DNA of 64,000 bases from an uncultured Acidobacteriota bacterium (GCA_963836075.1 CAWIIB010000009.1:64001-128000); one strand, 5' to 3'. Shown: positions 21,318 to 31,151, counted from the stretch's first letter. The notes: a model not told the origin generated them from the sequence alone. Program-made: numbers and translations.

Positions 21318-22666
21318 CCGGCACGCTGCTCCGCATCAACTGGCTCAATCTCAAACGCGACCGGGTGGCGCTCCTGCTGACCTTTGTTTTGCCGCTCGTC
21401 TTCTTCTCCATCTTCGCCTTCATCTTTGGTGGCGGCGGTGGCGGCGGTGGCGGCCTGGGCACGATGAAACTGATTGTCGTCGACCTCGACGGCTCCGAGA
21501 TGAGCCGCAAGCTGGCCGCCGCCCTCGACGGCCAGGGCGCGCTGACGGTGGAGACCGCCCCGCCGGCCACCGAGGACGAGCCGGCCCCCGCGCCCTATGA
21601 CCGCGAGTCGGGCCGGCTGGCGGTGCGCACCGGCAAGCGATCCGCGGCCGTGGTGATCACCCCCGGCTTCGGTGAGTCCTTCGGCAGCTTCGGCACCGAC
21701 CGGGCCGCGGTGGAGCTGATCCACGACCCCTCCAACCCCTTTGCCCTGCATATCGTTTCCGGGCTGCTGCAGGCCTGCGCGATGACCGCGGCGCCGGACG
21801 TTCTGCTGCAGGGCGGTATCGACCAGCTGGAGACCTTCGGCGGGGAACTGACCCCGCGGCAGAAGGCCAGCGTGGAAATGATGAAGGGCTTCCTCGCCCG
21901 CCCCGAACCGGCGGAAACCGGCGAGACCGGTGAAGACGGGCAGGCATCCGCCGGGTCCGAAGATGCGTTCAGCGGGCTGATCAACGTGGAATCGGTGAGC
22001 GCAATGGAGGGCGAGGGTGAAGAAGAGGAGGACGGCCCTTCGATCATCTCCTATTACGCGGCCGGCATCGGCGTGATGTTCCTGCTCTTTTCCATGGCCG
22101 GCGCCGGGGGCTCGCTGCTCGAGAACCAGGAGCAGGGAACGCTGGAGCGGCTGCTCTCGTCCAGCGTGGGCATGGGGCGGCTGCTGGCCTGCAACTGGCT
22201 CTTCTTCACTGCGATGGGCTTTCTCCAGCTGCTGGTGATGTTCGTCTTCGCCGCCCTCGTCTTCGGCCTCGACCTGTTCACGCCCCGTCACTTCACCGGC
22301 TTTGTATTGATGACCGCCATTACGGCCGCCGCCGCGGCGGCCTTCGGCATCGCCCTGGCCACCACCTGCCGCAGCCGGTCGCAGCTCGGCGCGCTCTCCA
22401 CCATCCTCATCCTCGTCATGTCGGCCCTCGGCGGCAGCATGGTGCCGCGGTTCATCATGCCCGACTTCATGGAGACCACGTCGCTGTTCACCTTCAACGG
22501 CTGGGCGCTGGACGGCTACCTCAAGGTCTTCTGGTACGACGACCCGCAGGCGACATTCGGCCAGTTCGTCGTTTCGCTGCTGCCGCAGCTGGCCGTGCTG
22601 GCCGCGATGGCGGCGGTGCTGTTCTTTGTAGCGCGGATGCTGGCCCGGCGCTGGGAATCGGCCTGA
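21314..22666 (+). CDS. ABC-2 type exporter permease
   Basis: N-terminal TM, periplasmic loop, GTLERLL, GGSMVP and five C-terminal TMs; ATG overlaps the upstream stop. Confidence 0.9.
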   Translation: MTGTLLRINWLNLKRDRVALLLTFVLPLVFFSIFAFIFGGGGGGGGGLGTMKLIVVDLDGSEMSRKLAAALDGQGALTVETAPPATEDEPAPAPYDRESGRLAVRTGKRSAAVVITPGFGESFGSFGTDRAAVELIHDPSNPFALHIVSGLLQACAMTAAPDVLLQGGIDQLETFGGELTPRQKASVEMMKGFLARPEPAETGETGEDGQASAGSEDAFSGLINVESVSAMEGEGEEEEDGPSIISYYAAGIGVMFLLFSMAGAGGSLLENQEQGTLERLLSSSVGMGRLLACNWLFFTAMGFLQLLVMFVFAALVFGLDLFTPRHFTGFVLMTAITAAAAAAFGIALATTCRSRSQLGALSTILILVMSALGGSMVPRFIMPDFMETTSLFTFNGWALDGYLKVFWYDDPQATFGQFVVSLLPQLAVLAAMAAVLFFVARMLARRWESA

Positions 22667-22723
22667 ACCAGCCTCAGCGGGCGGCGCGCAGCGCCGTTCG
22701 GCGCAGGCCGCGTCCTCACCCAC
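22646..22723 (+). repeat. ~80 bp imperfect direct repeat, copy A (permease 3' end plus decayed crtV-like 3' end)
   Basis: cggcgctgggaatcggcctga-accagcctcagcgggcggcgcgcagcg..ccgttcggcgcaggccgcgtcctc-acccac matches 33395..33481. Confidence 0.9.
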
Positions 22724-22784
22724 TAAACGGGTCCAGCCCCAGAGTACGAATTGCCAGGATGATCAACCGGGCGATGCGGAGATA

Positions 22785-22848
22785 AAGAAACGGCCCCGCC
22801 TCCGCCGCAGCTTTACTGCTCGCTGCGGCGGTACCTGCAGGCGGGGCC
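22785..22848 (-). terminator. Long compound hairpin, likely terminator of the S8 protease gene
   Basis: ggccccgcct...aggcggggcc encloses ccgccgcagc...gctgcggcgg; followed by gtttcttt on the minus strand. Confidence 0.55.
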
Positions 22849-22865
22849 TGGGGGTAATGCTCGAA

Positions 22866-25856
22866 TCAGAAATTGCCGCCGGCAACGTGGGCGCCATAGG
22901 TCAGGCCCTGGTCTCCGTAGGCATCAAAGTCCACATTGTTGATCAGGGTGGCCGCGCCACCGTCCACGTTCCAGCCGCGGATCCAGGCCGGCCGGCTCGC
23001 ATCGGGGCCCGGCGCGGTGAGGATCTCATCCGCGCCGTCGCCGTCCAGGTCCGCCGTGCCCACCACCACGCCGAAGCGGGTACCATCGTAGGCGAAGAAG
23101 TTCACCCCGGCCATCGAACTCAGCACCTCACCGTCGTAGTTCCAGGCGCGCACCTGGGGGCCGAAGAATACACCCGGTCCGGCACCGGTGATGATCTCGT
23201 CCAGGCCGTCGTTGTCGATGTCGCCGCTGGCCACGTTCACCCCGAACTTGGGCGTACCGTAGGCCAGGAAGTTCACCGATGCCAGCGCTGTGGTGCGGCC
23301 ACCGGAGTAGCTCCAGCCGCGGACGTGGGGGCCGAACACCGCGCCCGGACCGGCGCCGGTGACGATTTCGTCAGTGCCGTCACCGTCCAGGTCGCCGGCA
23401 GCCACGTTTACGCCGAACTTCAGGGTACCGTAGGCGAAGAAATTCACGCCGCTGATCGACCGGGGGCTGCCCCCGTCCACATTCCAGCCGCGGACGTGGG
23501 GGCCGAAGATGGCGCCCGGCCCGGCGCCGGTGATGATCTCGTCAATGCCGTCACCGTCGATGTCGCCGCTGGCCACGTTCACGCCGTACTTGTTGGTGCC
23601 GTAGGCCAGGTAGTTGACCCCGGGCACCGGCACGCCCGCGCCGCTCCAGCCGCGGACGTGGGGGCCGAACACCGCGCCCGGCCCGGCACCGGTGACGATC
23701 TCGTCAGTGCCGTCACCGTCCAGGTCGCCCACGGAGACATTGACGCCGTACTGGTTGGCGCCATAGGCCGGCCACTCGACAAGGGCTCCGGCCGGGCTCG
23801 TGGCATCAAAAACGCGGACCAGCGGCGGGTTGGAGAGCCCGGCGCCGGGTCCGGTGACGATGGACGGGCCCTCGGGGCCGCCGACGTTCACCATGGCGGC
23901 CACCAGCGAGAAGTCCTGGTTCACCCCGGGTGCTCCATCGTTGTCCTGGGCAATGTTGTACGCCGTGACACTGATGGTATAGACGCCCGCCAGGGGCGCC
24001 TGGATGAAAACGTTCTCCACGTTGTTCAGCCGGTCAGGAGTCTGGCCCGGGCTGGACCAGAGGTTGTCCACCAGCCCGCGGTTGCCGGAGAAGACCGTGC
24101 CGTCGGGCGCGGTGACCGTGAGGTCGAGATCGTTGATCAGCGCCTTGGACGAAGAAGTCTCACCCTGTTTGTCGTTCCAGACCAGCGTGACCTTCAGCGG
24201 TTCGCCCGCGCTGAAGCGGTTGACTGCCCTGCTCCAGGACTGGCCGGTCTGCAGCGGGTTGCCGCCATCGACGATCAGCTGGTTGCTTCCTGCCTGGTTG
24301 ATCCGCCCCACGTCCACCAGGCCCCAGCCCTGCTGGAAGCGTGTGGCCCTGGACAGGTCGTACTGCCGGGCGTTGGCGATGAGCATCGCCTTGACCGTGG
24401 CCGCACCGGGCATTTCGCCGCCGGGGTTGCCGCCGAAGTGGTTTTCGCGGAACATCTGGTAGACCAGACCGGTGGCGCCGGCCACGATGGGAGTGGCGCC
24501 GCTGGTACCTCCGAAGCTGGTGGTGTAGTTTCCGGGTGAGTAGCCGCCCCCGCCCACCACGTCGGTGGTGTAGATGGAATCGAACACGCCGATGATGTCC
24601 GGCTTTATCCGGCCGTCACGGGCCGGCCCCTGGCTGGGCGTGCTGCCGTAGCCGAAATTCTGCCACTCGTCATCATCCAGGGTCTCGGTGTTCTTGTGGA
24701 ACACGGCACCCACGGTAATCACGTTCTTGGCCGCCGCATCCTGGGAAATCGTCACCGGGCCGGTGCCGTAGTTGCCGGCAGCGTAGAGCATGCTCACGTC
24801 ATAGGTGTTGACGGCAGCGTCATTCTGCTGCGCATAGCTGGAGTAGTCGCCGTCGGTGTTCCCCTGGTGCCAGCTGTTGGACTGGAACACGCCGCCCCAG
24901 GAGTTGACCAGGTTGCTGATCGATCCGGTGCGGTTGACATACCAGTCGCAGAAGACGCCCTGGCCGGCGGGCATCATGCCCAGTGCCGAGCTGCTGGCGG
25001 CCCCGTCACTGAAAACGATGCCGAAGGTGGAGGTGCCGTGGGAGTTCACCACCGGACCGCCATAGGTGCCGATGAGGTTGCCGAAGTCGGGGTGCCCCTG
25101 GTCGATGCCGTCGTCCTTCACCTGGCCAACGATGCCTGTTCCGTCAAATCCGTCCAGTTGCACCGCGGTGGCGCCGGTGAAGTTGCGGATCTTGTCCATC
25201 AGGGCCACCGGCGGGTCCCAGCGGTCGATCCAGCGCACTTCGGGCCGCGAGGCCAGGGCGGCGATGGCACTTGCCGGCAGACGCATTCTGATAATCGGGT
25301 AATCCGACTCCTCGGCGGTGATGGCTGCACCAATTGCTCTGGCGTCAGCTTTCAGGCCGGCCAGACGGCTCTCGCCGCCCAGTTCGTTAAAATAGAGGAC
25401 ATTCACTTCCAGCAGGCTTTCCCCGGACTGGAGGAGCCCCGGCTGGATCTTGAATGCCGCGTGGTACTGGCCCACCCAGTTGACCACGGGCAGTTCCCGG
25501 ACCCGGTCCAGTGCCGCGTCGGAAACGTCGGCCAGGTAGGTGAACTCGGGCACGTAGCCGAGGATCACCGCGCCGGCCTGCTCGAGGGAATCAACCTCGT
25601 CGGAGGTCAGCGGCCCGGTCACCTGGACCAGTCGAACCGTATTGTTTGCAGCGGCACGAAATTCCCGGGGAATCTCGGGCTCGCTCACGGCTGGCCGGAA
25701 TGCCCCGTACTTGAGGAGGATCGGTGCTCCGTTCGCCACCTTTTCCGGCGCTATTGTTTGAGCCATGCCCACGCCCGCCGGCGGCAGACCGCCGATAAAC
25801 AGGATCAGCAGGGCAATGCCGACCAACCGAACCATCGAACTGTTGATGATGTTCAT
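22866..25856 (-). CDS. Secreted subtilisin-like S8 serine peptidase with C-terminal FG-GAP repeats
   Basis: Signal peptide; catalytic DDGID, HGT and GTSGATP; KPDI; TLVWND..NDLDL..NNVE domain; repeated GD.DGDG.DEI.TGAGPG..FGPHVRGW. Confidence 0.92.
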   Translation of the reverse strand: MNIINSSMVRLVGIALLILFIGGLPPAGVGMAQTIAPEKVANGAPILLKYGAFRPAVSEPEIPREFRAAANNTVRLVQVTGPLTSDEVDSLEQAGAVILGYVPEFTYLADVSDAALDRVRELPVVNWVGQYHAAFKIQPGLLQSGESLLEVNVLYFNELGGESRLAGLKADARAIGAAITAEESDYPIIRMRLPASAIAALASRPEVRWIDRWDPPVALMDKIRNFTGATAVQLDGFDGTGIVGQVKDDGIDQGHPDFGNLIGTYGGPVVNSHGTSTFGIVFSDGAASSSALGMMPAGQGVFCDWYVNRTGSISNLVNSWGGVFQSNSWHQGNTDGDYSSYAQQNDAAVNTYDVSMLYAAGNYGTGPVTISQDAAAKNVITVGAVFHKNTETLDDDEWQNFGYGSTPSQGPARDGRIKPDIIGVFDSIYTTDVVGGGGYSPGNYTTSFGGTSGATPIVAGATGLVYQMFRENHFGGNPGGEMPGAATVKAMLIANARQYDLSRATRFQQGWGLVDVGRINQAGSNQLIVDGGNPLQTGQSWSRAVNRFSAGEPLKVTLVWNDKQGETSSSKALINDLDLTVTAPDGTVFSGNRGLVDNLWSSPGQTPDRLNNVENVFIQAPLAGVYTISVTAYNIAQDNDGAPGVNQDFSLVAAMVNVGGPEGPSIVTGPGAGLSNPPLVRVFDATSPAGALVEWPAYGANQYGVNVSVGDLDGDGTDEIVTGAGPGAVFGPHVRGWSGAGVPVPGVNYLAYGTNKYGVNVASGDIDGDGIDEIITGAGPGAIFGPHVRGWNVDGGSPRSISGVNFFAYGTLKFGVNVAAGDLDGDGTDEIVTGAGPGAVFGPHVRGWSYSGGRTTALASVNFLAYGTPKFGVNVASGDIDNDGLDEIITGAGPGVFFGPQVRAWNYDGEVLSSMAGVNFFAYDGTRFGVVVGTADLDGDGADEILTAPGPDASRPAWIRGWNVDGGAATLINNVDFDAYGDQGLTYGAHVAGGNF
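22900..23860 (-). repeat. Tandem ~180 bp (60 aa) FG-GAP coding repeats
   Basis: ccagccgcggacgtgggggccgaa recurs at about 23313, 23484 and 23646, with weaker flanking copies. Confidence 0.8.
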
Positions 25857-26296
25857 GATCTTTCAAGTCCTTTTCGAAGGCTGCCCGGAAGTCCCAGTGG
25901 ACATGTTCGTTCCGGTGACCAGCTCGGGTTTTCATCAAATCCGCAGGCTCGATCTCTGTTGACCTCGCCAGCCGAAGATCTGTCTAATATAAATCTATTA
26001 CAATCATACCACAAGAAACCCTTACAGGGAGTTTATTTCACAATCAAACACGGCTGTCTATAAAATGTCTACATTAGTAAGATGGAAATATGCGGCGATT
26101 GGTTACAAAAAATATCGTTTTTTCCCTGCCGGCCAACGTCCCAACCCGGTGGATCTGCTGTCATGCGAGCCTCGCTGGAGGATTCGTCTGATCGGATGAT
26201 CTGCTGCAGGTGGTCCGGGTTCGGAAAACGGGTCATGGTGCAGGCGGTGGCCGGTCAGAGCGGGACACGATGGTTACCGTCCTGTTGCTGCAGGTG

Positions 26297-26325
26297 TTGA
26301 AATGGGCAGGGAGAATTTCTATAAT
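26297..26325 (+). promoter_or_regulatory. Sigma70-type promoter of the peroxiredoxin gene
   Basis: TTGAAA-N17-TATAAT, about 100 bp upstream of the ATG at 26427. Confidence 0.6.
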
Positions 26326-26426
26326 TTTTGTCTGTTATCCACAGGCACCGGATTCATCTGTGGCGGACCCGCCCGTTCAAACTGGTGCTGCTCGACTGAT
26401 CCAACAACAGCAATGGAGGAAATACG

Positions 26427-27050
26427 ATGACATGTGAACCGGGACACGACCGGCCGATCTCGGTGGGGGACAAGGTCCCCGATTTCGAGATCCCGGTCTA
26501 CGATCCGACAAAGGACGATTTCGACACCTTCAAACTGTCCGACAACATGGGGAAGAAACGCTGGACCTGCCTCTTCTTCTATCCCGCGGACTTCACCTTT
26601 GTCTGAGCGACCGAGTTCGCTGCTCTGGCAGAGCAGCAAGACCGCTTTGACAAGTTGGGCTGTGAATTGATCACCGTCAGCTGCGACACCCAGTTCGTGC
26701 ACCTGGCCTGGAAGCACAACGAGGGCGAGTTGGCCAACGTCACCTACAAGATGGGTTCCGACGCCAACGCCAGGCTGGCGAAGATGTTCGGCGTCTACCT
26801 CGATGACGCGGGCGTGGCCCTGCGCGGCACGTTCCTCATCGCGCCGGACGGCACGGTGATGAACTCCGAGATCAACCAGCTGAACCTCGGCCGCAACATC
26901 GACGAGCTGATGCGCCGCTTCAAGGCCAACCTCTACCTGATGAAGAAGAAGGACGAGGGCTGTCCGGCCAAGTGGAAGGAGGAGGGCGACGCCACGCTCA
27001 CGCCTTCAGCCAAGATGGTGGGCAAGGTCCACGAGGCCCTGCGCAAGTAG
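26427..27050 (+). CDS. ahpC: AhpC-type 2-Cys peroxiredoxin with selenocysteine (UGA) at the peroxidatic position
   Basis: Single frame MTCEPGHD...FFYPADFTFV-TGA(26604-26606)-ATEF...RGTFLI...GRNIDEL.R...GCPAKW; TGA replaces the Cys of FYPADFTFVCPTE. Confidence 0.9.
26619..26637 (+). promoter_or_regulatory. Candidate bacterial SECIS hairpin
   Basis: gctgctct-ggc-agagcagc, a perfect 8 bp stem with a G-initial loop, starting 12 nt after the UGA. Confidence 0.7.
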
Positions 27051-27058
27051 ATCCGCCA

Positions 27059-27090
27059 CGCCGGGGCGTGCGGTTTCGGACGCCCCGGCG
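27059..27090 (+). terminator. Hairpin after the peroxiredoxin gene
   Basis: cgccggggcgt...acgccccggcg 11 bp stem just after the stop; no adjacent U tract. Confidence 0.45.
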
Positions 27091-27239
27091 AGAGCGGCGG
27101 CATCGCCCTCTGCACCTTGGTCCGTAAAACCCGGACGACAATTTTTTTCACGCAGACCGGACTATCGGTATAGAGTGTACAGGCAATGTGACCGGGTCGC
27201 CGCTGTTCAATGTCCGCCGCCAACGGAAGGGAGACCGCC

Positions 27240-27611
27240 ATGCAGGTGTTCACGACTCTTCTCCAACTGGTAATCGCTCTGATAATTCTCAATGTCTGGC
27301 TGCTGCGCTTCGGGAAACCCACCGCCTGGCGCGGCGGCGCCGCGAAAAGCATGAAAGAGGAGTTCGCCGTCTACGGCCTGCCCCCCTGGTCGGTGGGTAT
27401 CATCGGGTTTCTCAAGGTCCTCTGCGCCGCCCTGCTGATCATCGGGGTGTGGATTTCGGCCGTGGTCAAACCGGCGGCGGCCGGCCTGGCGGTCCTGATG
27501 CTCGGGGCCATCCTGATGCACATGAAAGCCAAGGACTCGCCGCAGAAATCGGTGCCTGCGGTCACCGTGCTGGTGATGTGCCTGATCGTCATTATCTTCC
27601 AGCAGGCATAA
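27240..27611 (+). CDS. DoxX-family membrane protein
   Basis: NVWLLR..K.T.WRGG.A.SMKEEF..YGLP.W; LMLGAILMH.K.KD. Confidence 0.85.
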   Translation: MQVFTTLLQLVIALIILNVWLLRFGKPTAWRGGAAKSMKEEFAVYGLPPWSVGIIGFLKVLCAALLIIGVWISAVVKPAAAGLAVLMLGAILMHMKAKDSPQKSVPAVTVLVMCLIVIIFQQA

Positions 27612-27619
27612 TCGGGACC

Positions 27620-27775
27620 CGGACGGCTCAGGTCCAGGCCCAGAGCATCATCGGTGGGGAAGCCCTGCCGGCCGACACGGCTGAACAACGGGTAGTGCAC
27701 CAGCTGGACGAACCAGATCAGGCCGACCATCACCAGGGTTGCCGACGACTGGATCAGCAGGTTGAGGTCCGCCAT
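27620..27775 (-). pseudogene. 5' fragment of a conserved membrane protein
   Basis: MVGLIWFVQLVHYPLFSRVG resembles the start of a widespread hypothetical membrane family; similarity stops after ~40 aa and the frame runs into antisense DoxX. Confidence 0.5.
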
Positions 27776-27897
27776 GGAATACTTCCTGGAAGGGGCTCTG
27801 CTGCGCGGATTCGGCCGATGAAGACACCCTGATTTTGGCGGCCGAAACCACTATCGTCACTCACGAGCGAGAACAGGCCGCACGGAGACTTGACGCG

Positions 27898-28413
27898 ATG
27901 AGCACTATTGACGAGCCGGTAATCGATGGCGGAACGTCCGGGGATGACGATGCCCCTTCCCGGGCAACGGTGCGCGAGCGGATCCAGCGCCTGGTGGACA
28001 ACCAGCCCTACGCCGTACTCTGCGTCCAGGGGGAGGGCCAGCCCTACGGCGCGCTGGTGGCGTTCGCCTTCACCCCGGACCTGCGCCACGCCGTGTTCAC
28101 CACGCCGAGGGCCACTCGAAAGTTCAGCATGCTCACCAGGAGCGGCCGGGTGGCCCTGCTCATTGACAACCGGCCCGACCGGGTGGGCGAGTTCATGAAC
28201 ACCGAGGCGGTCACCGTCACCGGGCAGGCGACCCACGTGGAGGGCGGCGAGGAGTTCCACCGCTGGGTCGAGCTGTTCCTCACCCGTCACCCCTACCTGC
28301 GGGCCTTCGTCCACGCCGACACATCGGCCCTCTTCCGGGTGGATGCGGTGCGTTTCCTGCACGTGATGCGGTTCCAGGAGGTCAGCCAATGGGTTCCCGA
28401 CCCCCGTTCCTGA
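27898..28413 (+). CDS. Pyridoxamine 5'-phosphate oxidase-like (flavin split-barrel) protein
   Basis: QPYAVL...QPYGALVAFA, F.TPRATRKF, VALLIDNR, AVTVTG.A. Confidence 0.85.
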   Translation: MSTIDEPVIDGGTSGDDDAPSRATVRERIQRLVDNQPYAVLCVQGEGQPYGALVAFAFTPDLRHAVFTTPRATRKFSMLTRSGRVALLIDNRPDRVGEFMNTEAVTVTGQATHVEGGEEFHRWVELFLTRHPYLRAFVHADTSALFRVDAVRFLHVMRFQEVSQWVPDPRS

Positions 28414-30710
28414 TCCCGCTGGACCGCACCGCACACTGCGACGAACGGATCACCGGCGGCAAGGCGGCCAAGCTGGCCCGGCTGGCCGGTGCGGGGTTCA
28501 CCGTGCCCGCCGGGTTCGTGCTCACCACGGCGGCCTACCAGGCGTTTATCGATCAGGCGAAAATCACCACAGCCATCCGCATGGAACTGGGCCGCAAGCC
28601 GATGGACGAGATGCGCTGGGAGGAGATCTGGGACACCGCGCTGCGCATCCGCTCCCTCTTTCTCTCCCACGCTCTGCCCGGCCACCTGCTCGAGATCATC
28701 GCCGACGGGATGACCCGCTTCGATAAGGGCGCCGCGCTGGCCGTCCGCTCTTCGGCGGTGGGCGAGGACTCCGCCGGCCGCAGTTTCGCCGGCCTTCACG
28801 AATCGATCATCGGCGTCCGCGGCCCGCAGGCAGTGGCGGATGCGGTGCGGCTGGTCTGGGCATCGCTCTGGTCAGACGCGGCCCTGCTCTACCGCAAGGA
28901 ACTGGGGCTCGACCCGCTGCACAGCCGCATGGCGGTGCTGGTACAGGAGATGGTGGACCGCGACCGTTCCGGGGTGGCTTTTGCCCGGGACCCGCGGGAC
29001 ACCAGCAGGGAGCTGGCGATCATCGAATCAGTGCCCGGGACCTGCAGCCTGCTGGTGGACGGCGCAGTGGACCCCGACCGCTGGGAGATCGACCGCGACT
29101 CGCGAACCGTCATCACCTGGCTGCCGGGAGCGCGTGAGGACGGCACGGACGGCGAACCGCTGCTGCAGCCCCGCGACCTCAACACCATCCTCGACACCCT
29201 GCTGTCGGTGGAGGCGCTGTTCGAATGGGCGCCGGACATGGAGTGGACCGGACGGAGCGGTTCGCTCACCGTGCTCCAGGCCCGGCCGATCACCACCGTC
29301 GCCCGCAAAACGGAGGACAAGCGGGACTGGTATCTCACCCTGCGGCCCGGTGACGCCCGCCTGCGGGACCTGCGGCAGCGGGTGGCCGGCCGCCTGATCC
29401 CGCAGCTGGAGGAAGAAGCCCGGGTATTGGCCGAAGAGGACCTGGCCGGGCTGGACGACCGGCAGCTGGCCGACACCATCGACCGGCGGAGCCGGGCCCT
29501 GGCGCGCTGGAAGAAGATCTACCTGGACGAGTTCATCCCCTTTGCCCACGGGGTCCGCAGGCTGGCCACCTATTACAACGATGCCGTCCGGCCGGAAGAC
29601 CCCTATGAGTTCGTCGGCCTGCTCCGGGACCAGCCGTTGCTGGCCGCCCGGCGCAACCGGGCCATAGACGATTTGGCCCGGCAGCTGGCGGCGGACAGCG
29701 CCCTGCACCGGGCAGTGGAAGACCTGCTCGCCGCGCATGCCGGGTCACTGAACTGGACGGCGTGCCGCCGCGAACTGGCCGGCCGGTCAGCCGGGGCACG
29801 GGAATTCGTCCGCGGCTTCGAAGAGCTCAACGAGCGTCACCTCGACATCACCTACGACCGGGAACGGCTGGGCGACCGGCCCGAACCGCTGCTGCGGATC
29901 ATCGCCGAACTGTCGAAGCGGCCACCCCCGCCGGCCGGCAGTCAACTGGTCGGCGTATCTGTGGCCGACCTGGAACAGCGACTGCTGGAGGCCGTCGGAC
30001 CGCAGTGCCGCGACGAGGCAACCGGGATCATGGAGACCGGCCGGGTGAGCTGGAAACTGCGCGACGACGATAACCTGCTGGTGGCCCGGCTGGAGAGCCA
30101 GCTGCTGCGCGCCCTGGGCCTGGGTGCGGAGCGGCTCCGCGGCTCGGGAAGGCTGACCGGCGATGGCCGGGTCACCGGCGATCACGCGCTTCAGCTTGCC
30201 GAGGCGCTGCGTGAACCGCCGGCAGAGCCGATGGTCATCGAGGAGGAGATGCCGGCAGCGGACCCCGGCCGCTCAGCGCACACTCCGGGTGAAACACCCC
30301 GGCAACTGATCGGCCAGCCGGCCTCGCCGGGGGTGGCCAGCGGCCTCGTCCGCTGCATCCGCGGACGGGAGGACCTCGGGGCTTTCCGGCAGGGCGAAGT
30401 CCTGGTCTGCGACGCCATTCAACCCACCATGACCCACCTGGTAATGCTGGCCGGCGCCATCGTCGAGCGCCGTGGCGGCATGCTGATCCACGGCGCCATC
30501 ATCGCCCGCGAACTGGGTATCCCCTGCGTCAACGGGGTGCGCCAGGCTGCGGAGATCCTCAGCAACGGCGACCTGGTCACCGTGGACGGCCACCTGGGTA
30601 TCGTCACCGTGGGCGAGCCGGTGTTCGACCTGGAGCTGGGGCAGGACCGTCCGCTTGACGATAGACGTCTTGCCGGTGGTCACGGTGACCAGCCCGGGGG
30701 CCCCTTGTGA
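28389..30710 (+). CDS. PEP/pyruvate-binding (PPDK_N) plus PEP-utiliser swivel-domain phosphotransferase
   Basis: GGKAAKL, VRSSAVGEDS..SFAG, MAVLVQEMV, SGVAF, LQARPITT; C-terminal GGMLIHGAIIARELGIP..VTVDG. Confidence 0.88.
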   Translation: MGSRPPFLIPLDRTAHCDERITGGKAAKLARLAGAGFTVPAGFVLTTAAYQAFIDQAKITTAIRMELGRKPMDEMRWEEIWDTALRIRSLFLSHALPGHLLEIIADGMTRFDKGAALAVRSSAVGEDSAGRSFAGLHESIIGVRGPQAVADAVRLVWASLWSDAALLYRKELGLDPLHSRMAVLVQEMVDRDRSGVAFARDPRDTSRELAIIESVPGTCSLLVDGAVDPDRWEIDRDSRTVITWLPGAREDGTDGEPLLQPRDLNTILDTLLSVEALFEWAPDMEWTGRSGSLTVLQARPITTVARKTEDKRDWYLTLRPGDARLRDLRQRVAGRLIPQLEEEARVLAEEDLAGLDDRQLADTIDRRSRALARWKKIYLDEFIPFAHGVRRLATYYNDAVRPEDPYEFVGLLRDQPLLAARRNRAIDDLARQLAADSALHRAVEDLLAAHAGSLNWTACRRELAGRSAGAREFVRGFEELNERHLDITYDRERLGDRPEPLLRIIAELSKRPPPPAGSQLVGVSVADLEQRLLEAVGPQCRDEATGIMETGRVSWKLRDDDNLLVARLESQLLRALGLGAERLRGSGRLTGDGRVTGDHALQLAEALREPPAEPMVIEEEMPAADPGRSAHTPGETPRQLIGQPASPGVASGLVRCIRGREDLGAFRQGEVLVCDAIQPTMTHLVMLAGAIVERRGGMLIHGAIIARELGIPCVNGVRQAAEILSNGDLVTVDGHLGIVTVGEPVFDLELGQDRPLDDRRLAGGHGDQPGGPL

Positions 30711-30797
30711 ATGCCGACCTTGACGACCCCCACGCCACCACCCGCCGCGGAACCCCGCGGCGCAGGCACTAATCGAACGTGCGGCTGGCACGGTCGG

Positions 30798-31151
30798 TCA
30801 GCGGGCCGCCTGAGCCATTCGCCGCCGGCGGTTGAACCAGGCTGCGGCGATTCCCAACACCCAGAGCGGGGCGGACAGGGTGACCACGGACAGGGCGTGC
30901 TTGTCCAGCAGCCCGGACGGCGTGGGCAGCAGGCCCAGCCGGAACTCGTCCCGGGTCTCGGTGCGGGTCACCGTCCCGCCATCGTAGAACCCGGCCGCGG
31001 CCAGCGGGTCGTCGGCCGCCGGAGGCGCCTCCACCTGCTCCACCACGGAAAACTTCGTGTAGTAATCGCCGCCGGTGGCCTGCCAGGTGACCAGGGCGGC
31101 CACCGTGACCACCGCGGCGAGGATGAATATCGATCTGCTGATGGTCTTCAT
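30798..31151 (-). CDS. Small two-TM hypothetical protein downstream of YceI
   Basis: Hydrophobic N- and C-terminal segments, FRLGLLP motif, C-terminal RRRR. Confidence 0.6.
   Translation of the reverse strand: MKTISRSIFILAAVVTVAALVTWQATGGDYYTKFSVVEQVEAPPAADDPLAAAGFYDGGTVTRTETRDEFRLGLLPTPSGLLDKHALSVVTLSAPLWVLGIAAAWFNRRRRMAQAAR

Noticed and set aside
22900-23860. Regularly spaced DNA repeats resembling a CRISPR array
   Set aside because: The period is ~180 bp, the repeats are in-frame FG-GAP coding units, the spacers are homologous and no cas genes are present.
25960-26345. Replication origin (AT-rich tract plus DnaA box)
   Set aside because: Only one clear box, and no dnaA, dnaN, rep or par genes nearby.
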